DNA from: an uncultured Gemmatimonadota bacterium
GTDB taxonomy: Bacteria > SM23-81 > DAOVCL01
Direction of reading: 5' to 3'
Assembly: GCA_964626665.1 (NCBI GenBank)
Contig: CAZVGK010000005.1
Span: forward strand, 1 to 59,968
Length of the DNA: 59,968 nucleotides
Shown here one piece after another: positions 50,289-59,855 of the stretch. A model generated the notes under the pieces. It was given only the letters and a program-made list of their open reading frames with translations, searched no databases and had not been told where the DNA came from. The number at the start of each line of letters is the position of its first letter. The first letter of the stretch is position 1. The translations under genes were made by a program, and so were the position numbers.

Positions 50289-50871
50289 AGCTCTTCAGCA
50301 TTTATTTCAAAGCTGGAGACCAATAGAAAGGAACAACCGATCTGCTAAGGTGTCCGCTTGAAGGCAGGTCGGTTTTCGTTTTGGGTTACATCTGGAGGTT
50401 CAGTGCCGTCAGGGTTCTGCCCGGAACTTTTCTACCGCACTTTAGTGCAGGGTAAATATCCCTTTTCGGACTTTCTCCGATTTGGTAGCCGCAGACTTCA
50501 GTCTGCGTATTCCCGCCTCCCAGAAACGAGGTGGCAGAACCCTGATCCACCGAGCCGTCGGAACCCCGATTCTGACGGCAAAGAGGTAAATCAGGTGGCA
50601 GAAGAGAGCTTCTGTCACCTTTCAGTTTAAGGAGAGTTACCCCCAGCTAAGGCCGGATAGAAGGGTGGAGTGTGGGAGGCATCTCCCCTGGGCGGAGCCT
50701 CGGGCAAGCCCGATGCCGATAAAAAGTGTGCTGTCAGGAGTTACCTCTTCCGCCAGGAATCCCGTCGGAACGGGGCTGACAGCTCTTGAATGAACTTATA
50801 GGAACAGGGGTTAGCTCTGTCCGTAAAGGCTCCATTTGGAGCCATAGAAAATGGGAAGTGTCCCTATTTTC
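50289..50871 (+). repeat. 583-bp direct repeat, copy 2
   Basis: Near-identical to 46914-47496. Confidence 0.95.
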
Positions 50872-51020
50872 TATTTTCCAAGGGAGTCTGAAAGCCTGTC
50901 CCTACGAGCTATCATAAGATTCCAAATTCAACGAGTTGTGTGAACTCCTTATGTGAAAATTCGGATTAACGGACCTCTGGTAGTTCCGTGAGATTCCGTG
51001 GTGAACTGTTACTTAATGGG

Positions 51021-52721
51021 TCAGAAGTTGTTGACCAGTCTGAGGTGGAGCTTGGCCTGGCCTAAGCTGGCTTCCCTTCCCCAACCTATGTCCAGTCCGA
51101 TAACCCCTCGTTGGGAGCCAATGAAGAGGCCGAAGCCATAGCCCCACATCCTTCCTGTGTGATTTCCCTCCCCTTGCGGAAAGCTGAAGTATCCGTAGTC
51201 AAAGAAGGGGTAGAATCGCGATAGCCTTCCCAAAAGAAACCTATATTCTAAGTTCAACCAAGCAACCAAAGATCCATAACCTGCTTCCTCTGTATAGCTC
51301 CTGATCGAGTTCCCCCCTCCAATGGGGAACTGGTCGGAGAGGGGAATTGTGGCTTGATCCCCCTTTATTTGGGCGAGATGGAGCCTTAAATTTAAGGCCT
51401 GCTCCGAAAAGAGGGGAAGGGATGGTTCCATGTCTGTTATTATCCTGGTGTTCCACCCCTTGTGCAGGCCTGCTCCCCCAGATCGGTAATCCCTCCTCCA
51501 TCCATACTCGAGGGAGGTGCGGTAGAGTACCCCCTTGCGGGGGTTGAGGGGATGGTCCCTGGTATCTATAGAGAGCTGAGTTCCCAGGCTATATCTGCGC
51601 ATACTTCCAGATGAATCATCCCAGATTACCCTCTCCCAACGGGTCTCCCCCCCCAATCCCACCTTTCCCCCTATTGGGGTAGTCAGTTTTAGGGAGGCGG
51701 AAAATTGGTTGAACTGACCCCTCTTCTCCCTCTCTTTTACCTCTCCCCCTAAGGAGAAGGGGAGGTTGCGAAAAAATGGCTCCTGGTAGCCGAATTCTAT
51801 CATCGAATCCCCTAAATTTAACCTCTGCCATCTGAGCTTTGCCTTTCTCCCCATTCCGCTGATATTCCCCAGGGAGAGGAGAAGATAACCGCTCAATCCC
51901 CCCTGGGGGGATGCCGCATATCCGATGACGCCCTCTGCCTGGTTGTTCGGTTTCTCCTCCACCTGCAGGATAACCTCTCCCCTCTGGGGTTCGTCTAAGA
52001 CCCTAAGCTGGGGTCTCCCCACCTTCGTGAATAGCTCGGTTCTCTCCAGCCTGGCCTGGGCCAGGTTGAGCCTTCTCTGATCGAAGTATCCCTTGGGCCT
52101 TATTCCGCTTAACCTTTTGATAAATGAACCCCTCGTTTTGCTGTTGCCCTCGACTTCCAACCCCTCTATTCTTACCCTTGGTCCCTCCATTATGTGCAGC
52201 CAAAGGTTGACCTTGTTCTTCTCCATATCCCAGTTGGAGAGGCTTACCTCGCAGAAGGGGAATCCGCTGTTCTCATAAAGTTCTATTATCCTCTCTATAT
52301 CGCTGCTGATCATCCCTTGATTGAACCCCCTTCCCGGCCTGGCCTCGAGCAGAGGGGAGAGGTCTCGCGCGGTGAAGAAACCATTCCCTATGAATTGGAC
52401 CCTGCCCACGAGGGCAGGGTTCCCCTCAGCAATGTTTAGGCTAAGAATCCCGTCGGCTTCCACCCTTAGGTTGACCTGCGCCGAAAGGTAACCCCTTAAC
52501 TTATACTGGGCCATGACCCTCTCCACCCCAGCAGCTATCTCCTCAGGGCTGTAGTTTCCCCCCTTCCTCAGGGAGAGTGCTCTTTTAACCTCTTTGGGGG
52601 AGATGGCCCTTTCACCCTTCACCTGGACCCCCCTTATCTCCATCCCCCCTAAGGGGTAGGAGAGGAAAAGGGAGATGAGCAAGGGAAGGGGGAGATTACC
52701 GATAAGGCGAGCTAATTTCAT
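51021..52721 (-). CDS. BamA/TamA (Omp85) family protein with POTRA domains
   Basis: POTRA-like repeats (V.F.GN, Y...GY/F), DTRD..LNP.KG, GG.NSIRSY, C-terminal Phe. Confidence 0.85.
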   Translation of the reverse strand: MKLARLIGNLPLPLLISLFLSYPLGGMEIRGVQVKGERAISPKEVKRALSLRKGGNYSPEEIAAGVERVMAQYKLRGYLSAQVNLRVEADGILSLNIAEGNPALVGRVQFIGNGFFTARDLSPLLEARPGRGFNQGMISSDIERIIELYENSGFPFCEVSLSNWDMEKNKVNLWLHIMEGPRVRIEGLEVEGNSKTRGSFIKRLSGIRPKGYFDQRRLNLAQARLERTELFTKVGRPQLRVLDEPQRGEVILQVEEKPNNQAEGVIGYAASPQGGLSGYLLLSLGNISGMGRKAKLRWQRLNLGDSMIEFGYQEPFFRNLPFSLGGEVKEREKRGQFNQFSASLKLTTPIGGKVGLGGETRWERVIWDDSSGSMRRYSLGTQLSIDTRDHPLNPRKGVLYRTSLEYGWRRDYRSGGAGLHKGWNTRIITDMEPSLPLFSEQALNLRLHLAQIKGDQATIPLSDQFPIGGGNSIRSYTEEAGYGSLVAWLNLEYRFLLGRLSRFYPFFDYGYFSFPQGEGNHTGRMWGYGFGLFIGSQRGVIGLDIGWGREASLGQAKLHLRLVNNF

Positions 52722-52874
52722 AGTCTTGGCGGTTTTTTTAAACCTGGGAAATCACTGATATGCATTGTAATTTATTTTGTTTCGGTGTTTCCCTGCATAA
52801 TATAAAAGCCAGAGACAAAAGTCTGCGGTCCCTCGCCACCTGAAGGTTGCGGTTACCATTGCGCTATGTAGTTT

Positions 52875-53005
52875 AATTCCCTCTCCCCTTGGGGGAGAGG
52901 GTTAGAGTGAGGGGGAAGATAAGTATAATTTCACCCTCTCCTTAGTCCTCCCCCATCAAGGGGGAGGGAAGTGATCCTGCTTATCTGCGTTCATCTGCGT
53001 CCCAT
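52875..53005. repeat. REP-like palindromes
   Basis: ccctctcccc-tt-gggggagaggg; ccctctccttagtcctcccccatcaagggg, whose reverse complement is at about 29305. Confidence 0.65.
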
Positions 53006-53031
53006 GAAGTGGCACCGAAGGTGCGTTGGAT

Positions 53032-56000
53032 TCAAAATAGGGCCCTTACCTCCATTCTTCCCTGGCGCCTCCATCCCCAGAGGGGATCATATTTGGTCCG
53101 GTAGTTTAACTCAGCAGTGAGTAGGTTGCTTAGCTTGTAGCTGAAGGTGGCAGTCCAATGTATGGTGTCCCCAGGCTTTTCCCCGGCAGCCATTGCCCAG
53201 CTCAGGGTTGCCCCTGGGGGCGATGGAGTAACCTGCTCCCAGCCGAACTCCAGCGCGATCTTTCCCCTTTGGCGAAAGGACCTGGTGACCTTAGGAGAGA
53301 GGGAGAGCATCCTGGCCTTTACCTGGGAGGTGGAGTTGTAATCCCACTCATACCCTCCGCTCAGGGAGATTATCAGAGCCTGATTCAACCGCAGGGAACT
53401 TTCGCTCCCCAACCGGTATAGGTGGACATTATACTGGCTAAGCCCCCCCATCTCTCTTCTCTTCCTGCCAGCGGAGAAACTCAATTTGAGGCTTAAATCA
53501 GGCGATAGTTTATAGAGCAGGGTTACCCTTTTATCCTCCTCAGATTCTTCCTCCATTCCCCCGCCGAATCTCCCATCCAGGAGCTTGTGGAGGGAGTATC
53601 TCAGAGTCAGGGACCCCTGAGGGGAGTAAGGGAAAAGGCTTACCTCCTCCTGTAGGGAGATCTTTCCATACTCCCCTTGACAACCGCTGGAGGGAAGAAC
53701 TCTCCTCCCCTCCTTTACCTCCTCCTCCCACCTAAGCTGGGTTTGAGATCTGAGGTAGGGTTTGGGTTCGGCAGTTAGCGCCAGATCCCCCTCTAAACGG
53801 GAGGAGGGGTGTGCTTCCCCTATCTCCTCGGTGACCATCAGGTAATCCCCCTCCTCATCAGGTATCCAGTTCTCTCCCTCTTTTCTATAATCCCCTTCTC
53901 CCTCTCCCACCTGGAGATAGGTCTTCACCAGATTGGAGGAGTAAATGCTATTGGCCTGGTAGTGAATTTTCCCCTCCCATCCTGGTCGGTGATACCCCAG
54001 CTCTATTCTGGCCAGATCCTGGCTGGTCCCCGGGCCTCTTCTGCGGGAATAAGTGAGGTGGCCATCCCAGTCTCTCCATTCCGTAAGTCCTATCTGGGTT
54101 TGCCAGGTGTGGGAGATCCCCGGGATCTCGCTGGGATACTGGGAGGTATAAACAGCCCTCTCCACCAGATTAGCGGAGAGGAAGAGGAGGCCCCAACCTT
54201 GACAGGAGAGGGAGGCCCTTTTCTCTTCGGTGTGGAAATCTTTATCTTCCCTTTTCCCCCGATCCCGCATGTAACCCAGTCCCACAGTGGCCTTCCCCAG
54301 GGAGAGGTTTCCCTGGGTCTCGTCCCTGGTTGCCTTGCCCCCCTGTAGGGAATGGGGGCCCGTGGTGTGGGCCTGACGTAGGTGATAACTAAGCGAGAGG
54401 ACCTTAAAACCCTGGAACTTTCCCCCATAGCTTTTTCTCAGGGAGCTTAACCCCTGCTTGGTGTAAAGCTTGCCAGTCCCCGAGAAGAGGGTCAAGCCAC
54501 GCAGGGGGGAGAGGTTAGCGGATAGATTCCAGGTTCTCAGCAGGCGGTCTTGGGGGTGTGGATCCAGTCCCCAGCCGCTTCGATAGTCCCTCTCCTCTCC
54601 CCCTCTCAGGGGAGAGAAGTTCGGTTGCCGATCCTCGTAGTCTCCCTTCAGGCTTAACCAGGGAAGCGTAAACCTTCCCAGGGATTGGTGGTGTAGCCCC
54701 AATCTCCCGGAGAGTGCTAGGGCCCTTCCCAGGTTATCTTCGTCATTGGTAGGGGAGAAGAGGTTACGGTCCTCCCTGCTGAGGGCAACCTCCCCGCTTA
54801 GGTTGATCAGGGAATCTGGTTGCGCCGTAAAGCCCCAATTGGAGTAAAGATGGGATTGGGGGAGGGGGAGGAAGATCCTCGGGGAGTAGTTACCATCTCC
54901 GGGATAGACATAGCGATAATGCCCTTCCTCAGTCCTGATGTAGCTTCCCTTGCCCGGGCCCACCCAGGAAAAGCTAACCTGATGGGACCCAGAATCTGCC
55001 CCTACCCAGAGGAAGTAGCGGTTGCTCAGGGAGTCAAATAGTTGGGTATAGTCTCCCTTTCCCTCCCCTAAAAATTTGGCCCCATCAATCCAAGCGGAGT
55101 CCGGGTTGTCACCGGCCTTCCTCAGGACCTCCTTCTCCCTTTCTCCCAGGGAGAAGCTCAGGGGGTCTTGCCGATCATCCGCTTCCTTTAGCAGGGAGGA
55201 GAAGAGCCTTAACTTCTTCTCCCAGTTCCAACTGCCCTGGCCGATGTAGAAACTCCTCTGATAATCCCTGAGGGCGTATTGGAATTCCACGACGATTACC
55301 GATGTGGAGCCGATTATCCTCTGGGGGGTAAAGCTGAGGGATGCCTCCTGATAGTCTATGGTGTAGTCCCGATCGTCTCCCCTTTTGAGGGGAATTCCAT
55401 TTAGCCAGACCCTCTCTGTCCCAGCTAAAACGGAGATCTGTCCCTCTTTGCTCTGGCCATGTAGTTTATAGGGGCCCTGTTTTCCCTCTTCCCCCAAGAA
55501 GCGGTTGACCGTGAATTTCCCCCTGGATATGGCCCCGGCCAGGAGAAAATGGCCTGAGGTCAGGTTGGCGCTTGCCTTTATCCCCTGCAGTTTCCTTTCA
55601 GGAGAGGAGAATCTTCCCTTGTCCCCCGGAAGGTCGAAGTCACCTAAGGAGGCGGAGAGAGAGGGGCCCCGCACCTCCACAAGAAGACGATCAAGAGCGG
55701 ACAGGTTCTGGGTTGTTCCGGAAGATTGGAAAGGGAGGCTCTCATCGGAGAGAATGGCCGTTACGGTCACATCTGGGGTAAGTTGGCCGGTAATGTTTAA
55801 CCTAAGTGATTGGTTGAAGGTTAGATCCCGCTCGGTTCCCATACTTACCCGGAGGGATTTGCTTCCCCTTACCTGTAAGGAGAGGGGAGAGGGGAGAGGC
55901 TCATCAACCCTGAGCTCTTTTATCTTGGGCGGTGAGGAACCCTTTCTCACCAACTCCCTATGGAAATAACGATGTTTTAAGGTAAGGGGGAGCCTTTCAT

Positions 56001-56289
56001 ACTCCACCCTGATGATTTCCCCTTGAGGGATAGGGCTAAAAAATTGAATTTCCCCTCTCCCATAGTCAATGGTGTAATCCTTCTTTCTTAGCTTTGGTTC
56101 ACCGCCCACAGAGATATGTTCCGTTCCCTTGAGGAGGAATCCATCCGGAAGCCGATAGGGGCCCTTTGTCCCGTCCCCTTTGAGCCAGACTGACCTATAC
56201 CTTAAGGAGAAGGTTTGGGTATAAGGTTGGGCCTTTGCTGCAATGCAGAGAATTACGGAAAGGAAGGAAATAAGGATTGACCTTCTCAA
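53032..56289 (-). CDS. Large hypothetical outer-membrane/secreted protein
   Basis: 1085-aa ORF; signal peptide; repeated GPY.L / DYTIDY; C-terminal Phe. Confidence 0.78.
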   Translation of the reverse strand: MRRSILISFLSVILCIAAKAQPYTQTFSLRYRSVWLKGDGTKGPYRLPDGFLLKGTEHISVGGEPKLRKKDYTIDYGRGEIQFFSPIPQGEIIRVEYERLPLTLKHRYFHRELVRKGSSPPKIKELRVDEPLPSPLSLQVRGSKSLRVSMGTERDLTFNQSLRLNITGQLTPDVTVTAILSDESLPFQSSGTTQNLSALDRLLVEVRGPSLSASLGDFDLPGDKGRFSSPERKLQGIKASANLTSGHFLLAGAISRGKFTVNRFLGEEGKQGPYKLHGQSKEGQISVLAGTERVWLNGIPLKRGDDRDYTIDYQEASLSFTPQRIIGSTSVIVVEFQYALRDYQRSFYIGQGSWNWEKKLRLFSSLLKEADDRQDPLSFSLGEREKEVLRKAGDNPDSAWIDGAKFLGEGKGDYTQLFDSLSNRYFLWVGADSGSHQVSFSWVGPGKGSYIRTEEGHYRYVYPGDGNYSPRIFLPLPQSHLYSNWGFTAQPDSLINLSGEVALSREDRNLFSPTNDEDNLGRALALSGRLGLHHQSLGRFTLPWLSLKGDYEDRQPNFSPLRGGEERDYRSGWGLDPHPQDRLLRTWNLSANLSPLRGLTLFSGTGKLYTKQGLSSLRKSYGGKFQGFKVLSLSYHLRQAHTTGPHSLQGGKATRDETQGNLSLGKATVGLGYMRDRGKREDKDFHTEEKRASLSCQGWGLLFLSANLVERAVYTSQYPSEIPGISHTWQTQIGLTEWRDWDGHLTYSRRRGPGTSQDLARIELGYHRPGWEGKIHYQANSIYSSNLVKTYLQVGEGEGDYRKEGENWIPDEEGDYLMVTEEIGEAHPSSRLEGDLALTAEPKPYLRSQTQLRWEEEVKEGRRVLPSSGCQGEYGKISLQEEVSLFPYSPQGSLTLRYSLHKLLDGRFGGGMEEESEEDKRVTLLYKLSPDLSLKLSFSAGRKRREMGGLSQYNVHLYRLGSESSLRLNQALIISLSGGYEWDYNSTSQVKARMLSLSPKVTRSFRQRGKIALEFGWEQVTPSPPGATLSWAMAAGEKPGDTIHWTATFSYKLSNLLTAELNYRTKYDPLWGWRRQGRMEVRALF

Positions 56290-56296
56290 TTTAAGC

Positions 56297-57190
56297 CTAC
56301 TGAGCGATCTGATACACAGCTAACTTGGCCTCAGATTGGTCCACTACCCAGAGCTTTTTGTTGGAGGGGGAAACCTTCAGTTTTCCTGGAGGGAAGGGAA
56401 GGGGGAACCTGTCCATAAGTTCTCCTTGAGGGGAGAAGAGGAAGATGGCCTGGGAGGATCGGTCTGCCACCCAAACATTCCCGGCCTCATCTATGGCCAC
56501 CCCCACGGGCACAATAAGGATTCCCTCTCCACTGGTTCCCAGGAGGGTGCCCGCGAAGTCCCAGGTTAAAAGCTTTCCCGTTCCGTCCGTAACCCAGATT
56601 TTTGCCTGGGGATCAACGGCAATGTCCGTGGGCTTCAGGAGGATGCCGCAGGGTGGATAAAAATGTTTAAATTTACCCTCCGAGGAGAGGAGAAATAACC
56701 CATCCTGGTGGGAGTCTATCACGAATATTCTCCCGCTTCTGTCCAAGGCCAGACCACAGGGGAAGCTCAAAGGGGAATCCCCTTCAGAACCCTTTCCTAT
56801 GGAGAAGAGGAATCCTAAATCCCTGTTAAAAACCTGGACCTCTTGGTTGAGGCCATCGAGGAGATAGAACTTTAAATCCTCGCCAAAGGAGAGATCCACC
56901 GGATGAGATAGCTTTCCCTCGGTGTAGGCTTCCTTCTCGGCCAAAAGCGTCCCTGAGGGACTGAACTCCTTTACCCGATTATCGCCGCCATCGGCAACCC
57001 ATAAGTTGCCCCAGGGATCAAAGGTCAACCCCAAAGGCCGTTTTAAACTTTCCCCTCCGATAAAGTGGATGAACTTTAACCTCCCTGGCTCTTTCTGCTT
57101 GGCTGGAGAACCCCATCTTATATTCGTTCCCGCACAGCCGGAGAGGAGAAGGAGACCCCAGAGGCAAAGATTTAAAATTTTGCAAGGCAT
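56297..57190 (-). CDS. NHL-repeat beta-propeller lipoprotein
   Basis: LSGC lipobox; P.GL..D..G.LWVAD repeats. Confidence 0.85.
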   Translation of the reverse strand: MPCKILNLCLWGLLLLSGCAGTNIRWGSPAKQKEPGRLKFIHFIGGESLKRPLGLTFDPWGNLWVADGGDNRVKEFSPSGTLLAEKEAYTEGKLSHPVDLSFGEDLKFYLLDGLNQEVQVFNRDLGFLFSIGKGSEGDSPLSFPCGLALDRSGRIFVIDSHQDGLFLLSSEGKFKHFYPPCGILLKPTDIAVDPQAKIWVTDGTGKLLTWDFAGTLLGTSGEGILIVPVGVAIDEAGNVWVADRSSQAIFLFSPQGELMDRFPLPFPPGKLKVSPSNKKLWVVDQSEAKLAVYQIAQ

Positions 57191-57533
57191 TGTTTATATG
57201 CCGACCGCCGTCGGCAGGATAAAGGAAAATTGAGAATTATGAATGAAGAATTAAGAATTATACTGATTTTGCATTTAAGATTTTTCCTGTATTTCATTCT
57301 TAATTCTACATTCTCCATTTTACATTTCCCCCTGCAAGCGGGAACGTTTCAATTCTTCTTTGTTTTAAGGGATGGTCTTCCCTTACTAAGGGGTTTCCGC
57401 CCCCTAAGTTTAGTCTCTTAGCAATATTCCAAAGAATTAGGCTAAAACAAGAAAATATAAAATATCAGCAGGGTTTCACACATCCAACTTGAGAATTGTA
57501 AAATTAATTAGTTACAAAGCTTTTTGCTGAAAG

Positions 57534-58937
57534 CTATTGGATACTTTCGTGAGCCAGAACTATCAGTTCATAATCCCATTTATCATAATAGATGTTCCCG
57601 TTTTTCCATGCAACTTCTCCTCGCTGGTTGTCTATGTTGTCTGACCTGTAATATTTTTTGGGTGGAGTGAATTCTGATGAAATTTCTGTGTTTGCGATCA
57701 ATCTGAAATGGTCCATGTTTCCGAAGTAGAACTTGTGGTATTTCTCTATTGATCTTCTGTGTCCGCCGAAGGATGGATCTGCGTGAAGCCATCCGTACGG
57801 TTCTATATAAAACTGACTCCAGTCGTGTGGACTCGGTTTAATTGGGTTTAAGTACCATCCTGATTGCCATCTAGCTGGGACTCCGCTGATTCTGCATAGA
57901 GTTATGAAGAGTAATGCTTGAACTCCGCAATCTCCTCTGAGGTTTCGTGCTGCATAATCACTTATGCAGTCTATTGTTGAGTATTCCGGGACGAGTGCGT
58001 ATCTGATATGTTCTGTTATCCACTTGTAGATGAGCCATGCTTTGAGGTATGGATTGGTTTCATCGTTAACTATCTCTTTTGCGAGTTTTCTTAAGTATGG
58101 TGTGAAGACTATGTGAGGTAACTGTTCTGAAGTATATTTTTCACATAATCCTTTTTGGCTGTATTGTCGGTTTACCTTCGCTGGATTAACTTCCTGATAT
58201 GATGCATACACCGTATATTCATATTCAATTCGGAATTCGAGTTCTCTACCTCTTACAGCCTTATCTTCAAAATAGATTGTGCGTTGAAGGCTGTTTTCAG
58301 GGGCTAAAACGTAATTTTCTGGCATTGTGGAGATAAGCTTAACCTCTGGTTGCAACGGGTCTTTGCGTGGAAGGGGCATCCAAACTTTCAAGTTTTCACC
58401 CTCTGGAATTGCATCGGGTTTTATTTTCAGTTTCATTAGAACCCTGTTTCTAACTGGTTCTATGTATCTTTTTGCAGAATCTTTTCCCTTCTTAATAACG
58501 GTGTCAACATGTTTGTTGACAAGTTTTGTGGTTTCCTCGTGTCTCTTATCTTGTTGCCTAAATCTTTTCTTTGCTTCTTTATTATCCCTCAACAGGTTTG
58601 GCAAGAAATTTTTGAAAATTTTCGTTTCTCCTTCTATTTCTCTGTATTCTATAAAGCCATCTTTCATCCATCTTTCAAAATCTTCTTGAGTTATGTCCGG
58701 AATCTGGGTTTTGAGGGATTCAAAAGTTTCTTCCTGATTTAAAGTGTAATCCTTTTTTATCCTTTCAATTCTCTCAGGTTCCCATTCAAGTCTAGATTTC
58801 AGTAGAGTTGGAAATCTCTTGTTTTCGGTTAATATCTTGTTTACTAAATTGATTGCTTCCTTGAGGTATCCTTTCTCCTCTAAAGATCGAACTTTTTCAG
58901 GCAAACCTGCAACCAAAAACTCAAAGTCTAAGCTCAT
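57534..58937 (-). CDS. Transglutaminase-like protein
   Basis: GDCGVQALLFITLCR..GVPARWQSG, HDW..FY..PYGW..ADPS (Cys-His-Asp); start 58937 or 58958; low GC. Confidence 0.9.
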   Translation of the reverse strand: MSLDFEFLVAGLPEKVRSLEEKGYLKEAINLVNKILTENKRFPTLLKSRLEWEPERIERIKKDYTLNQEETFESLKTQIPDITQEDFERWMKDGFIEYREIEGETKIFKNFLPNLLRDNKEAKKRFRQQDKRHEETTKLVNKHVDTVIKKGKDSAKRYIEPVRNRVLMKLKIKPDAIPEGENLKVWMPLPRKDPLQPEVKLISTMPENYVLAPENSLQRTIYFEDKAVRGRELEFRIEYEYTVYASYQEVNPAKVNRQYSQKGLCEKYTSEQLPHIVFTPYLRKLAKEIVNDETNPYLKAWLIYKWITEHIRYALVPEYSTIDCISDYAARNLRGDCGVQALLFITLCRISGVPARWQSGWYLNPIKPSPHDWSQFYIEPYGWLHADPSFGGHRRSIEKYHKFYFGNMDHFRLIANTEISSEFTPPKKYYRSDNIDNQRGEVAWKNGNIYYDKWDYELIVLAHESIQ

Positions 58938-59072
58938 AGTTCTTGTGTGGTGTAACATTTTCCTCCATTGGTAGTTCATTCTCAATTCTACATTTCCCGC
59001 TGCAAGCGGGACAGCTTCAATCCCTGTTTTAGTGGGAAGGAGAATTGAGAATTATGAATGAAGAATTAAGAA

Positions 59073-59423
59073 TTATGTTGATTTTGAAGTTTTCACTATG
59101 GATGTCAAGATGCTTATCAGTTCTTCTGAATCTTTAAGCAGAGAAGTCATCTCCTCTGCAGGTATCAATTCTGTGTCTCTAATGAGTCTCAGCCAGTAAT
59201 TACTTTCCCTTGCCTCCTTCAAAGCGGTGGTCATTTTATAGGTGAAGTCGCTTTTACTAAAGGCGCCAATGGCCTCCTCAACATTTGCTCCAATAGATGT
59301 TCCCGAGTCAAGGAGTTGTCCACCAACTCTATAACCAACCACTCCTTTGGGTAGTTTCAACACAAACTTAATGATCTTCAGAGCAAACTCATATGATTTT
59401 TGTTTGATAATATTTTCCTTCAT
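59073..59423 (-). CDS. Four helix bundle protein (23S rRNA-IVP/bAvd-like family)
   Basis: KSYEFALKII, QLL.SGTSIGANVEEA..A.S..DF..K...ALKEARES.YWLRL. Confidence 0.93.
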   Translation of the reverse strand: MKENIIKQKSYEFALKIIKFVLKLPKGVVGYRVGGQLLDSGTSIGANVEEAIGAFSKSDFTYKMTTALKEARESNYWLRLIRDTELIPAEEMTSLLKDSEELISILTSIVKTSKST

Positions 59424-59482
59424 TGGCAGTTCATTTTTAATTCTACATTCTCAATTCTTAATTTCCCGCTGCAAGCGGGACA

Positions 59483-59855
59483 GCTTCAATCCTTGTTTTA
59501 ATGGATGTTCCTCTCTCACCTGGAAGAGAATTGAGAATTATGAATTGAGAATTATGAATTGAGAATTAAGAATTATGTTGATTGAGTTTGATGGTTTTTC
59601 CTGTAGTTCATTTTTAATTCTACATTCTCAATTCTTAATTTCCCGCGCAGCGGGATAGCTTCAATCCTTGTTTTAATGGATGTTCCTTACTCACCAGAAA
59701 GAGAATTGAGAATTATGAATTGAGAATTAAGAATTATGTTGATTGAGTTTGATGGTTTTTCCTGTAGTTCATTTTTAATTCTACATTCTCAATTCTTAAT
59801 TTCCCGCGCAGCGGGATAGCTTCAATCCTTGTTTTAATGGATGTTCCTTACTCAC
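59483..59855 (-). CRISPR. Three intact 37-nt CRISPR-type repeats with atypical, near-identical 124-138 nt inter-repeat units
   Basis: gcttcaatccttgttttaatggatgttcct(ta/ct)ctcac; minus strand ends ...ACAAGGATTGAAGC; no cas genes in the window. Confidence 0.5.

Noticed and set aside
52805-52860. c-di-GMP-I riboswitch-like fragment (gacaaaag..gcggt..ggttacc)
   Set aside because: The 5' half is missing and it lies on the strand opposite the flanking genes
59073-59423. Diversity-generating retroelement (Avd) or 23S rRNA intervening sequence
   Set aside because: No reverse transcriptase, no template/variable repeat pair and no rRNA sequence nearby
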